This document shows positions 16,840-28,310 of a DNA stretch of 64,000 nt, in pieces. A program made the position numbers and the translations under genes. Position 1 is the stretch's first letter, and each line of letters begins with the position of its first letter. This DNA comes from Phaeosaccion multiseriatum (taxonomy: Eukaryota; Protista; Ochrophyta, other classes), in contig OZ218950.1 of assembly GCA_965112735.1 (NCBI GenBank), positions 7,006,001 to 7,070,000 on the forward strand. The letters run 5' to 3'. The notes beneath the pieces were generated by a model, which searched no databases, was not told the DNA's origin, and saw nothing but the letters and a program-made list of their open reading frames with translations.

Positions 16840-17919
16840 GGGGGAGGGCCGAGGGCCGAGGGCCGAGGGCCGGCCAGAGGACGAAGCCGGCATGGAGAGT
16901 AGGACAACAGCGAGACAGAGGGGCCCCAGCGGGACCGACTTGGGCATCCCTTCTCGTAGTGGTGATGTATCGTCATCTGAGCATAGAGCAACAGGGGGGT
17001 TGGTTATACGAGAGTATGGCGCCGCCTTTCGCCTAGCTCGCTCTCGAAAATGACACGGAAGGAGTCCCACAATCTCCTCTCCGTCCTAAAGCGACCCGTA
17101 ATTTGTAATTTCATAATGTACGTCTCTTCTCATTTTTAATTATAAATTTCTTTTTCAATTAAAAAAAATGAAATGAGCACGCCGTCCCTCAGTGAGCCTC
17201 GACCAAATCTCTCTCTCTCGTCCAGTCTGAACTCCCCTTTCTATTTCCCCACCACACACTTTCCCTCTTTCTTCTTCTTTCTCTTTAGCCTTTCTACTAC
17301 ACTTAACGCACGGTATCCCAGTGCTGGGCGTTGAAAAGCTTACCTGAGCAATATTTCTTTCCTCAGAGTCCTCTCCGCACCTTCTTCTTCTTCTTCTTCT
17401 TCTTCTTCTTCTTCTTTTCTTCTTCTTCTTCCTCTCCACATCTTAACACCCCTACCCCCTTCCCCTTCCGTCTCCTCACCCCCCCCTCCCATACCTAACA
17501 TACGTATCAAGCCTGAATCGCTCTCTCAGAAAAAAGAGGGAAGTGCATCCTTTCGACTACACAATCCCTTCCCTCCTGTGGCAACTCCCCCCCCCCCTTC
17601 CCTCTCCTCCTCCTCCTCCTCCTCCTCCTCCTCCTCCTCCTCCCCTTCCGTCTTCTCTTCACAACGCAGTCACACGCCCACCACCCACACATCCACAAAT
17701 CCACACACATACGGACGCAGACACAGGTCTGTGAGGCAATCACCTCGCCACCTCGCGCCCACCCTCGCGGGCCCCCCCCCCCCCCCCCGCGCACATGCAG
17801 TCATATCCTTCGCCATTTCGCTAGTGCCAAAAGCAAACAGACGAATGAGTGGAAAGGCCCCTTCGCAGGTCAGTCTAAAAGCAAGCCGACGAAAGAAATG
17901 AAATGAATCAATCAATCAA

Positions 17920-19590
17920 TCAAAAGATGCTCTCCGTGAGCACTCCAGGGTGCTGGCGTTTGAAGGCCGCCGTGGCTTCTTCCGTGAGTCTGTCGCACCA
18001 CCGCACCTCGAGCGTCGCCAAGCCTTTGTGAAGAGCCAACGTGTCCAGGACCGAGTCCTCCACCAGCTTGCAGTGCGAGAGGTCCAGCTTCTCCAGCTTG
18101 GGGCAGACCGCAGCGATGGCGCGGATGCCCACCACGTCCACCTTGGTGCCCAGCAGGCAGAGACGGGTGAGCGACGCGCAGCAGCGGTTGACCGGCCTGT
18201 CGTGGTTCAGCGCGGCTGGCCTCCTTCTGCCGCCGCTACTGCTCCTACTACCAGCAGCAGCAGCAGCAGTTGCGTTCCTGCTACGTGGGCCAGTCACCTC
18301 GGCGATCGCCTCCAAGGCTGCCGAGGTCACATCGGGGCAGATGGACACATCCAGATCTGCCAGCAGGGGCATGGCCTGAGCCAGCGCCGCCACCGAGCGA
18401 TCCGTCACCCCCAGCGCGTTCCAGGCGAGGTTGAGCTTGGTAATGTTGGTGAGGCTGACCAGTTGCAGCACGTCCTCCTCTGTCACCTTCTCCTTGTCGC
18501 TGCTCGTGCTCTGGCTAATGTCCAGGCTTGTCAGCCTCGTGAGCCTGGCCAAGTCGCGTAGCACAGCCCCCTGGACCCCCACTCCCCGCAGGTTGAGTCG
18601 CTGCAGCGAGGAAGCGGTGGCCATGAGAGACTGCCCGACCTGCATGCCCAGCGAGCGGCAGAACCGCAGATTCAGCACCTCCACGTGACTAAAGCTGGAC
18701 AGTACCTTGCTGAGCTGTTGGTCAGTGATGGCTTTGCGGCTGATGTCAAGGTCCTTGACGGCTTCGCAGCCGATGCGGTTGACCCGTTTGGACACGAGCC
18801 GCAGCTTGGACGCCACGACGAGGCTGTCAAGGTACCCACTAAAGAGGAATAGGGCGATTGCATCGTCGGGAAGGCCTGCAATATTAAGCACATCATCTTC
18901 CCCCCTCCACTCCGCTGCTGCTGCTGCCGCCGCTGCTGCGGCGAGTTGAGCTTCATCTGCTCTTGGGTGCACTGGGGGGGCAGGGCCTTGCTGCTTTAGT
19001 GCAGCGAACAGGGAAGTCTTCATGTCGCCATATGGCGAAGGGCCTTGACACTTTAGTTGATCCCACTGCGCCTCGGATACGGTGGTCTTCATGTCGACGG
19101 CGTCCGGTTCGTGCGCCCGGGAGCCGGTGGTGGCCGCAGCAGTTTGATTATATCGTGCAGCATTCCTCAGCGGAGGGTGGTTGCTTTCCCACTCGTCCAT
19201 GGTGTAGTTGCGTCCTCTCTTTGCTTGAAGCGGCCTAGCGGCTGGATCCGCCGTGAGCGCCATATTTGTCACGGGCCGTTGGTCGGGGTGTCGTCGAGCA
19301 CCACGGGTACAGTCTTTTTTCGCACAAGCCGGGGCCCCCATGTTTGCCGTCTCTTCCACCGCCCCCTTTCCTTCCTCATGCGCTATTTCGAGACCCAAAC
19401 ACTTCTCTAATAGCTGACTTGCTTCGCTTACTCTCTCCAACGTAGACGATACGTTTAAGGATTTCCCCCCCCCCCCCCTTTGCCTCGGTATTCCCAGCCC
19501 TTGCCCCGTTACGCCTCGTGCTTCCGACAGCGGCGGTGCTGCTGCTACTGTTACTGCTGCTGTTGCTTCCGGTCCTGGCCCTCTTCTCAT
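17920..19590 (-). CDS. F-box/leucine-rich-repeat (FBXL/AMN1-like) protein, apparently intronless
   Basis: F-box-like IAGLPDDAIALFLFSGYLD..LRLVSKR, followed by LRRs (LEKLDLSHCKLVED, LTSLDIS, ITKLNLAWN, LADLDVSICPDVT). First ATG at 19590. Confidence 0.75.
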   Translation of the reverse strand: MRRGPGPEATAAVTVAAAPPLSEARGVTGQGLGIPRQRGGGGKSLNVSSTLERVSEASQLLEKCLGLEIAHEEGKGAVEETANMGAPACAKKDCTRGARRHPDQRPVTNMALTADPAARPLQAKRGRNYTMDEWESNHPPLRNAARYNQTAAATTGSRAHEPDAVDMKTTVSEAQWDQLKCQGPSPYGDMKTSLFAALKQQGPAPPVHPRADEAQLAAAAAAAAAAEWRGEDDVLNIAGLPDDAIALFLFSGYLDSLVVASKLRLVSKRVNRIGCEAVKDLDISRKAITDQQLSKVLSSFSHVEVLNLRFCRSLGMQVGQSLMATASSLQRLNLRGVGVQGAVLRDLARLTRLTSLDISQSTSSDKEKVTEEDVLQLVSLTNITKLNLAWNALGVTDRSVAALAQAMPLLADLDVSICPDVTSAALEAIAEVTGPRSRNATAAAAAGSRSSSGGRRRPAALNHDRPVNRCCASLTRLCLLGTKVDVVGIRAIAAVCPKLEKLDLSHCKLVEDSVLDTLALHKGLATLEVRWCDRLTEEATAAFKRQHPGVLTESIF

Positions 19591-20330
19591 AGCGCTTCTC
19601 TCTATCCATTTCAAAGGTGATGTTTTGGGAGTGGGGGGGGTGCTGACCGGGCCATCGCATGAAACGCAAACTTTTTCTTATCTCCCCCAACTGCCTCTTT
19701 CTCTCTCGTACAGTACATGTTGTTTGCCTACAGGGAGATAGTGATGCATGATGCTTTAAGGCAGCAGTAAGGGCAACGGAAGTAGGGGAGGTAGACGTGA
19801 AATCGCAGAGTGATATAAAAGGCTTTCTTCCTCTTCTCCAAAGGGTGAGTCCAGTCAGTCCACTTCTCTTCAGAGGATCTCAGAGGGCCTCTTGCCGATG
19901 AAAACGGCTGTATCCGCCTTTATTCTACATATTCCGTGCAGCATCTCGCTGCCTCGTCATGAAGTCAATCGCGGGCTTCTGTTGATGCAGTAGTGGGTCG
20001 TCTCGGAAGGAGCGGTTGGTCATTTTCCACGCGTATTCGCTTTCCTGCTGAGCGCTTTCCTGCTATGCAGCAGCACCAGCACTGCTACGCTGACTTTGAT
20101 TTCCGCTTTCTGATACATTTTGAAGACTGGAGATGAGTCTTGCTTGCCCTTACTTGCCTCCTGCTGCTGCCACGCGCCGCCAACCCTCCTCGATTGCCTA
20201 CAGGCAGCAGGCAGTGCTCTGAGAGGGAGTGACCTGCCTTGCTTTCTGTCTCTGTAAGCCTCCAAGAGATCACGAAGTAAACTAGCCGGCTGGGGGCCTG
20301 TCCCAGAGGCCGGCCGCCTGGCGACCCAGG

Positions 20331-23300
20331 ATGGAGAAGGAGAACCAGATGCTGCCGGTGGGTAGAAGTCCTGCGAGTGCCAAGGGCGAGAACGCGTCGC
20401 CCCGTAACATGACTCCAGGGAATACGACGCCCGGGAGGTGCAACCCTGCCGACCAGCACCCGCTAGCAACCCCGCCGTTCACTGTCTGCATGGATCAGCC
20501 CTCTCCTCGCCCCTCCTCGTCTCGAAAGCTGGGCAGCGGAGCACGAGGAAGGGCACGTAGGGGGACGCCGGGTACCGTGCCATCACCAGTGGGAGCAGTG
20601 ACGAGGACGCCTCTATCATCGGCACCTACCAACGCTATCGTACAGAGAGAGGGAGAGTCAGGCTCCTCCCCGCCCCCCTCCAACCTGAGTATCCTGAGCC
20701 CCAAGAAGCTCGCTCGCCTCGCCGCCAAGGTGGAGTCCCTGGACATTAGCAACTCCATCCTCCGCGAGGAGAAGGACAATGTCCTGGAGGAGCTGTCCCT
20801 GCGCGAGGCCGAGCTGCGGCAGCAGGAGGGCGCGGTGGCGGTCCTGCAGCAGCAGCTCGGAGACGCTGAGGCACATATCGAGACCCTCTCTCAGGACGTG
20901 GCGGCAGCTCGGCAGTCAGTCAGGGACTCGCACAGCGCCATGGAGGTTGCTGTGGGGGAGGCCGTGGAGCACGAGAAGAGGGAGACGCACGAGCAGGTAA
21001 GCCTCTCTCTCTCTTTCTCTGTGCGTGTGAGCGCGTTCTTGTGTGTGTGTGGGGGGGGAGGGGGGCCGCGTGCTTCGCCTATGTGCTTTTTACCTTTTTT
21101 TTTTCCCCTCGCTATCTGCTGTGTTGTCTTTGTATCGCCTCGTCCCCTTCCTTCGCTCTCTCTTATCGCCGCTCCGCCCGCCTCCGCCCGTTACAGCTCT
21201 GCGCCGTGAAGCGCCAAGTCACCGACCTGCAGACAGACGCGGCCTCGCGAGAGACTCAGCTCCAAGAGGCCATCCTTGCGGCGGTGGCAGAGGCACAGAT
21301 CGAACAGGACAGACTGACGGCCGCCCATGAGGAGAAGATGGCGGAGTTAGAGAGCGATTTGAGGACGCTGCATCGGAGGAAGCAGGAGGAGGCGGAGGAG
21401 TGGAGGAGGAGGTACAGCGAGGCGGTGGAGGCGCGCAAGTGCGTGGAGAGCCGCCTCACTAAGGTGAGTTGAGTGAGTGAGTGAGTGAGTGAGTGTGTGA
21501 GTGAGTTGGATTGAGTGGAGTGTGGAGTGGAGTAGTACGGGGCGTTCAAGTGGTGCAAAGGGAGGGCTGGGCGAAGGAGAGGAGTCCGCGGAAGAGAGGG
21601 CGAGGTGGAACGGGGCTGGAGCTGCTGCTAATCAAGACAAAACCCCAAGCGTTTCTCGACACCTCTCGTCGCCCTCGCCTCGCGCAATCATTGTTTTGCT
21701 CTTACTTCTCTCCCTGCTCCCTCCCTCCGTCTCTCGCGGCATGGGGACAAACGGCGTGTCGACGCATCGATACATCCCCTCCCTTGCGTCCCCCCCACAA
21801 TGTTCAATCAGATCTGCGAGACTGAGGAGCTTCTCACCAAGACGAGCGAGCAGCAGTCCGTTCTCACCGAGGCTCTACAGCGCGCCACCACTTTACTCAC
21901 AAACGCCCCGCAGGCTTCGGTCGTCCGCGAAGTAGCAGCAGCGACGCTAGCGGAGCGACACACAGAGGCACTCGCCTCCTGTCCAAACTGCAACAGAAGG
22001 GTCGGAAGCAAGGCGGGATGCGAGCAAGGCCCTCAACAGATAGCTGCAGCAGTTGGTGATGCAGCAGTTGATGAGATGGCAGCAGAGGAGGAGCAAGAGG
22101 AGGAGGAGGACGTTCAAGTCAAGCACGTGCTCTCCGCCCTCGTGAGCGAGGTGGAGGTGCGCGGACTCCGAGCCTGCGTGTCTGAACTGCAGCACGAGTT
22201 GAGATCAGGGAGGGAGAGCCTCGCTGTGTCCAGCGTCGAGATGACACGGCTCAGAGAGTTCGGCGGACACGAGGGGAGGGTATTCAAGCAAGAGGCAGAG
22301 AGACTGGCGGAGAGACTGAGGGAGGTGGAGGTGGAGCTCGTTGAGAGCATGGGCGCGAGAGGAGAGGCCAGCGAGCAGGAGGCGCGAAGTCTGAGGGTGG
22401 GTTGGGGCCGATGCGCTTTGGTGCATGGGGGGAAAGGAGCTAAGATGGGTGGAGATCCTTCCCCCCCCCCCTTTTTTGTTTCCTTGTTGTCCTTCCGTCC
22501 GCCGTGGACCGGCGGTGTTGACTGCTTTTTACACCCCCACCTCACTTCTATTCTGCGCCGCCCCCCTCTCTCTCTCCCGTTGGCTTGTGTCTGTGGCATG
22601 CATCTGCCCTCCAACAGCGGGCCGCTCTTGAGCGAGAAGAAGAGATCGCTGCACTACGAAGGCAGTTGGAGGAGGAGTCCTCCGTTCGCAGGCAGCTCGA
22701 GGTCACTGTCGAGCTCTCGGAGATGGCCCTGGCAGCGGCTGAGGAGGAGAGCAATGAGGCGTCGTCGCCAGCTGCAGATGGTGGTGGTGTGCCTCATGCG
22801 AGGAGGAGGAGAAGGGCCTTCTCTAACGAGCAGCGTGAAAGTATTGTGGGGGGCAGAAGCAGCGGCGGTGGCTCGAGGTCCCCTGCTCGTCCTTCTCCTC
22901 GTCCCTCTCTCAACACCGTGTCCGAGGCAACCACGGTCACTGAGCTGACTGAACTGCAAGACGAGGTGGCGAGGAAAGCGGAGGAGATTGAACGGAGGGT
23001 GCAGGAGCTGTGCGCCAAGGAGGAACACATAGCAGAGCTGGAGGAGGCCGTTACAGAAAAGTCGAGAGAAACGGAGGATCTGCTCCTGCAGGTGGAGGAA
23101 CTGAAGGAAAGGATTGGTGCGAGAGAGATCGACGGGGAGGAGGGAGAGGAGGGTACCACCAGAAGCAGCAGCGACGAAGGGGAAGCGGAGCTACTATTTC
23201 TGGCCAAGGTGGAGGAGATAGAGGCGCTTAGAGAGCAGTTGGGCATGCTGGAGCAGAGGCAGCAGCAAGAAGACGAAGAGCGGGAGAGCCACTTAGAGTT

Positions 23301-25691
23301 CCTGGCTCAGGTGACGGAGGAAAACGAGACACTGAAGGAACAGCTCGAGGACGCAAGGAGGGAGCAGGAGGGGTTGAGGGAGACTAGCGAGATCCTGGAG
23401 GGTAGAGTTCGGGCGCTAGAGGGCGAGGTGGACGAGGCCAGGGGGATCCAAGTGCTGCTCAAGGGCCAAGCGGAGGAGATGGAGGAGAGAGACAGAGAGA
23501 GGGAGGACGCGGAGGAGAAGAATGCGCAGGAGAGGCAGGCGCTGCAGAAGGCACTTGACGACTTGCAGAGAAGTAAGTCAGACGAGGTGCAGGCGCTTGA
23601 AGCGCAGGTGAAGCAGCTAAGGGGGGAGCAGGAGGAGGTGGAGGGCGAGCTCAACCGGCGGGGGCAGCAGGAGACAGAGACAGGGGAGTCGTCTCAGCTG
23701 CTGCTGGACCGCAAGACGGCAGAGATCGTTGCTTTGAAGGGACAGCTTGAAGCCCTCAAGAGGAGTCAGGCGGAGCTCGATGCGAGTCTGCTCGAGGTGC
23801 TTGAGAAAAAGACGCATGAGAACGAGGCGCTCGTCGCCAAGCTGGAGGCGCTGGAGCACCAACATGCTGAGCAGCAGCAACGACAAGGCGAGGCAGCAGG
23901 GGAGGAGTCGGCCACGACAGCCGCCGAAGTGCAGCGAAGGGGGCAGGAGAATGAGGCCCTTCGGGGTCAGATCGAGGGCCTTCAGTCACAATTGGCGGTG
24001 CTGGAGAGGAGCAAGGCCGAGGCAGAGGAGGCAGAGGTGACTCAATTGGAGCTCATCGGGAGGCTCAGAGACGACAACTTGCAATTTGAAACTGTGCTGG
24101 AGGAGACGCGGAGCGAGCTTGGAGCCGAGGTGGCCCGGCTCACAGAGGCATCGAGGCAGAGCAGGGAGGAGGCACGAGAGGTTCGAGCGCAACTGCAGCA
24201 GAGAGAAGCAGAACTGGAGGAGGAAATGAACAGCAACAAGAAGAACGAGGGGAGCAGAGGGCAGCAGAACAGGGACGCCCTCACAGCCGAAGAGAAGCAG
24301 ATGGTGGCGGCTGCAGCGGCGAAGGAGGAGGAGATGGCCCAGATAGCCCGGCACCGGGACCAATTGGACAAGCAAAATGCCAAGTTACGGGTGGAGCTCG
24401 CCGCGGCCAAGCAGGCAAGGCAGCTTGAGCTGTCGCGAGCGGCGCAGGAGGCCGAGACGAAGGCCGCTGAGGTGGAGAGACGACACAGGGAGGAATTGGA
24501 GGAGAGGGAGGAGGAGGCCAGACAGGCGGACGAGCTGAGGAGGAGAGCGGAGGAGGAGAACAGCAGCACTAGAGAAGAGCACGAGAAGGCGATGGCGGCG
24601 TTGGCAGCGGAGGTGCAGGCAGAGCGAGTGGAGGCTGTGCGGATGGCAGTGGACGAGGCCGAGGAGAGGAGGAAAGAGATTGAACGGCTGCAGGGGGAGA
24701 TGGGGGGGGCGAAGGGCCAGCAGGAGGAGGAGGTGGAGAGGCTGCGAGCGGCCAACGAGCGCCTGGCGGAGGACCTCGACTCGGCCCAGGAGGAGGGAAG
24801 GAAGCAAGCAAGGCTGCTAGCCAAGACGAAAGAGTCTCTGGCAGAGACGAAGCAACGAGCTATAGCTTCTGCTGCAGCAGAACGGGAGCGAGAGCGAGAG
24901 AAGGAAGGGGGCGGGGTGCAGCTGGGTGGAGAAGAGGAGAAGAGGGCAGCAGACGACGCAGCAGCATTGATGCTGCCCCCTTTGAAGGACCTCTTGACGG
25001 ACGTTACAGCGAAAGTGCAAGTTGAGGATGAAAAGGCACTCAACGCCTCGCTGCGTGCTCAAGTGCGCTGTCTGGAGGTACAGGTGCAAGAGCTGAGGCA
25101 GGAGCTGCACAAGGAGAGGGACGAGGGGCAGGGGGAGGCGGGGGGCAGCAGAGGTGCGGCTGAGAGGGAGCTCGAAGTGCAGGAGTTGGTTATTCGGTTG
25201 GCCGAGACGCAGGCGAGGGTGCAAGCCGCAGAGGTGAGGGAGGAGGAGGACAAAGCCTGAGGGAGGAGGGAGGAGGGGAGGACTCGCTGGAAAGAATGCA
25301 GGAATGGCCTGCTTCTAACATCAACCAGTCACTTCATTTCCATGAGAGGAGGGGGGTGTTGTAGTCTGGTGCTCGTTTCCCGGTGGGGTGCTCTCGTACT
25401 CTCGTGCTCTCCCTCGCCGACTCTAGTATCTTGTATCCCGTATCCCCCCACTCTCGCCACCCCAACACACAGGAGCAGGCCCGGCGCGCTCGAACGGACG
25501 ACCTCCAGCTGCGGAAGTTCATGCTGCATTCCTTCTCAGCTCGGGCAGGGGCACGGGGTAGAGGGGCTTTGCATGGGACAGGGGAAGGGCCCCACCTATG
25601 GCTTGGGGCAGGGGCAAGAGAGGGGGAGGCAGGGGAGGCAGCGGCAGAGGCCAGAGAGATGCTTAAGCAGGCGCAGACCTCATACGTTTGA
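20331..25691 (+). CDS. Large coiled-coil protein (~1450 aa) with an N-terminal KEN box; exons 20331-20996, 21197-21463, 21812-22396, 22618-25233, 25473-25691
   Basis: Starts MEKENQ; SP/TP-rich N-terminus; long E/Q/R/A/L heptad-rich exons with phase-0 GT-AG junctions. The last exon is inferred (alternative stop at 25260). Confidence 0.72.
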
Positions 25692-26107
25692 TGGCACTTG
25701 ATGGAACCGCAGCAGTTGGTGATACAGCGGATGCAGCTGGAACGTGTGTGTGTGCGCGCGCATTTGTGTGTGTCGGGGGGGGGGGCGGGTGGAGCAAGAG
25801 GAGCAGCAGCATCGGGACAGGGGCGAATTCAGACCGACGGCTGGCAGGGAGTAGGTAGGAAGGAAGCTGTCAACTATTTGTTCGAAGGCCTGAAGTGATC
25901 TATTGTATTGAATTCCATTCCATCGTGTGCCCATTTATCTATAGCACTTTCGTCTGTGTTGATCCTATTTTTATATAAAAATGATGAGGATGTGATCTTG
26001 CGGTATCCATCTTCACGTCGCTCCATACCAAGCAATGCAAAACAAAGCAGCACTTATTGATCGTGTAGCAGCACATCAGCTACTCTCTCTCTCTCTCTCT
26101 CTCTCTC

Positions 26108-26569
26108 TCATCTTCCTTCTCCTTCGGTCGGGTACTTTTCTTGAGGTGCAACGAATTGAGTAGTGCATCCCTCGCCTCCACCCGATACCCAAGCCCACGC
26201 AGCTGGCCCCACAGCGCACCAGCCGCCCTTGTCAGCGCCGTCTCCACTGCCATACCCTCGCACGAGGTCCAGGACAGAAGCAGCAGTTGGTGATACAGCG
26301 GCAGCAGGAGCGGAGCTATCACCACCGGGGTGCCCCGGAGTCGTTGGGTCGGCAGCAAGCAGCGAAGGCATAGGCAGAAGCGACGGGCAGCGAAACTGGG
26401 TGAGAAGGGACGACGTCAAGGGCTGTGCTTCGCCGTCAGCTGCCGGGTGTGGAGCATTGGGGAGCGGCTTCTGCTGCCCCTCCTGCTGCCCCTGCTGCTG
26501 CTCCAGCTGCTGCTCCTGCTGCTGCCCCTGCTTCTGCTCCTCCTCCTGCTGCTCCTCCTCCTCCTCCTC

Positions 26570-26603
<34 letters not shown>

Positions 26604-27971
26604 ATCACCAAGTGCTGGTGGCGGTGACGAAGAGCAGGACCACCAAGCCTCGCAACAAGCAGCAGCTCCTCCCCATCAAGAGGATGAGCATCGCGTCTCA
26701 CTGCCACTCTCGACGAGGACAGGCTGGTGCAGCTACTGCTGCTCCCCCTTCTCCTCATCTCACGTCGAGCCGCCTGCAGCCAGAGCTGACGAGGCCCTGG
26801 CCCAGGCTCTGCAAGCCCCCCCTCCTTCCTCCTACCCCCCACGCAAAGCCCTTCTTCATCGAGGCCCCGCTCGAAGCTCCTCTCGGGGCTGATCCTCTTC
26901 CTATCGAACTCTGCGAAGGCCACACCCTCCCTCCAGTGGCTAGCCCTCCCACAACAGTTGTTGCCATCTGTGCTGAGGGCACCCATCTCGCTCTTCATCG
27001 CCCATGAGTCGCTCCTCCTCCTCCTGATCCGCCCCTTACGACCCCCTAAGTCGCTTGCAGGGGCATTCTTCACCAGCGCTCTCATCGCGGGCGCCACTTG
27101 GAGCATCTCTGGAGAAGTAGCGACAAGACGCATAAAACTCTCCGAAGTCTTGGCCGCCACGGCGCTGTACATCCCGCCACTTCTGCCGCCGCCGTCTTTC
27201 ATCCTCCGACTCAGAAGCACGGGTATGGGATGTAGGAAGAGCGACCCCGCGGCTTCTCGGAGATCCACACGAGGTCCAAGGGCGAGGGGAGGGAGGGTGA
27301 GGGAGGATGAGGGGGGGAGGAGAGAGGTGAGAAAAAGATGTCGGAAGGGCAGCAGACCGACGGCTGCCACTGACAGGGGAGACGAGAACATCATCATACA
27401 TCCCCGCGTCCAGCAGGACGATAGAGAATGGACGTATCATACCGGAATGGCGTGGCGCGGCCGCCGCGGCGAAGGCCTCTCGCTTTGCCTGCTCTTCCTC
27501 ATCCTGCTGCTGCTGCAGCTGTTGCTCCTCTTCCTCTTCCTGCTGCCGCCGCCGCCTCTGCTGCTGGGCCTCACTCAGTGCTTGTGCCTGCACTTGCTCA
27601 ATACCATCCATCCCCCTCTGATGTTTTCTCCGCTCACACATTGGTGTCTTTCCTTGTACTGCCCTCGCCTGAAGCATCTCCCACCCTGCTGCTTCCTCCT
27701 CGCCATTCCTCGTTCTCCTCCTGCCCGTCCTATTCTCACGCCTCTCCTCCTCCTGGTCTTTCTCATGAATCTTCGAAGCGGCAGGAAGCCTGTGGCCGCC
27801 GCTGCTACTATTACACTTTCCCTCTGCTTCCATCGGCGACAGACTATTTCTCCACAAAATCTTATTTCCTCCTCTTTGGACTTCCACTGTCGCCTCCACT
27901 ACTTCCTCAATTATCTGCTCTCTCTCTCTCTTGGGAGAAGATGTCAGAAAGGTGGGCAAGGAGGCGTCCAT
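26108..27971 (-). CDS. Hypothetical low-complexity protein; exon structure uncertain
   Basis: ATG at 27971; a phase-1 GT-AG intron (27442-27370) joins two overlapping long ORFs; Q/E-rich; no recognisable domain. Confidence 0.35.
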
Positions 27972-28310
27972 TTTCCTTCACCCCCTTGCTCATGGCCCAA
28001 CTTGCCCAACTCTCCTCCACTCTTCGAGATCCTTGTTCGGTGCAAGTGGATCGGAAGTCTTGGTGCCAAGCCAGCTCTCACTATAGGCCCGACTATCACA
28101 TATTGTCTTCGTCTCACGTCTATTTGCTATTTTGTTTCTATATCGTTTTGTTTCTCTATTACCCTCAACCAATGTTGATTTTCGTTCCGCCGAGGTGGGG
28201 GTGTTGGGCCTCCGAGGCCATCTGTGACCCAGCCAAGGCGGCGTTTGTTTTTATTCGCTCGCATCCCTCAAAAAGGTCACCCTCTTCACGCATGCTTCCC
28301 GTATGCTGCC

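Noticed and set aside
24042-25043. Long antisense ORFs, here and opposite NOL6, VPS16 and the RRM gene
   Set aside because: Shadow frames of GC-rich coding sequence with no domain signal
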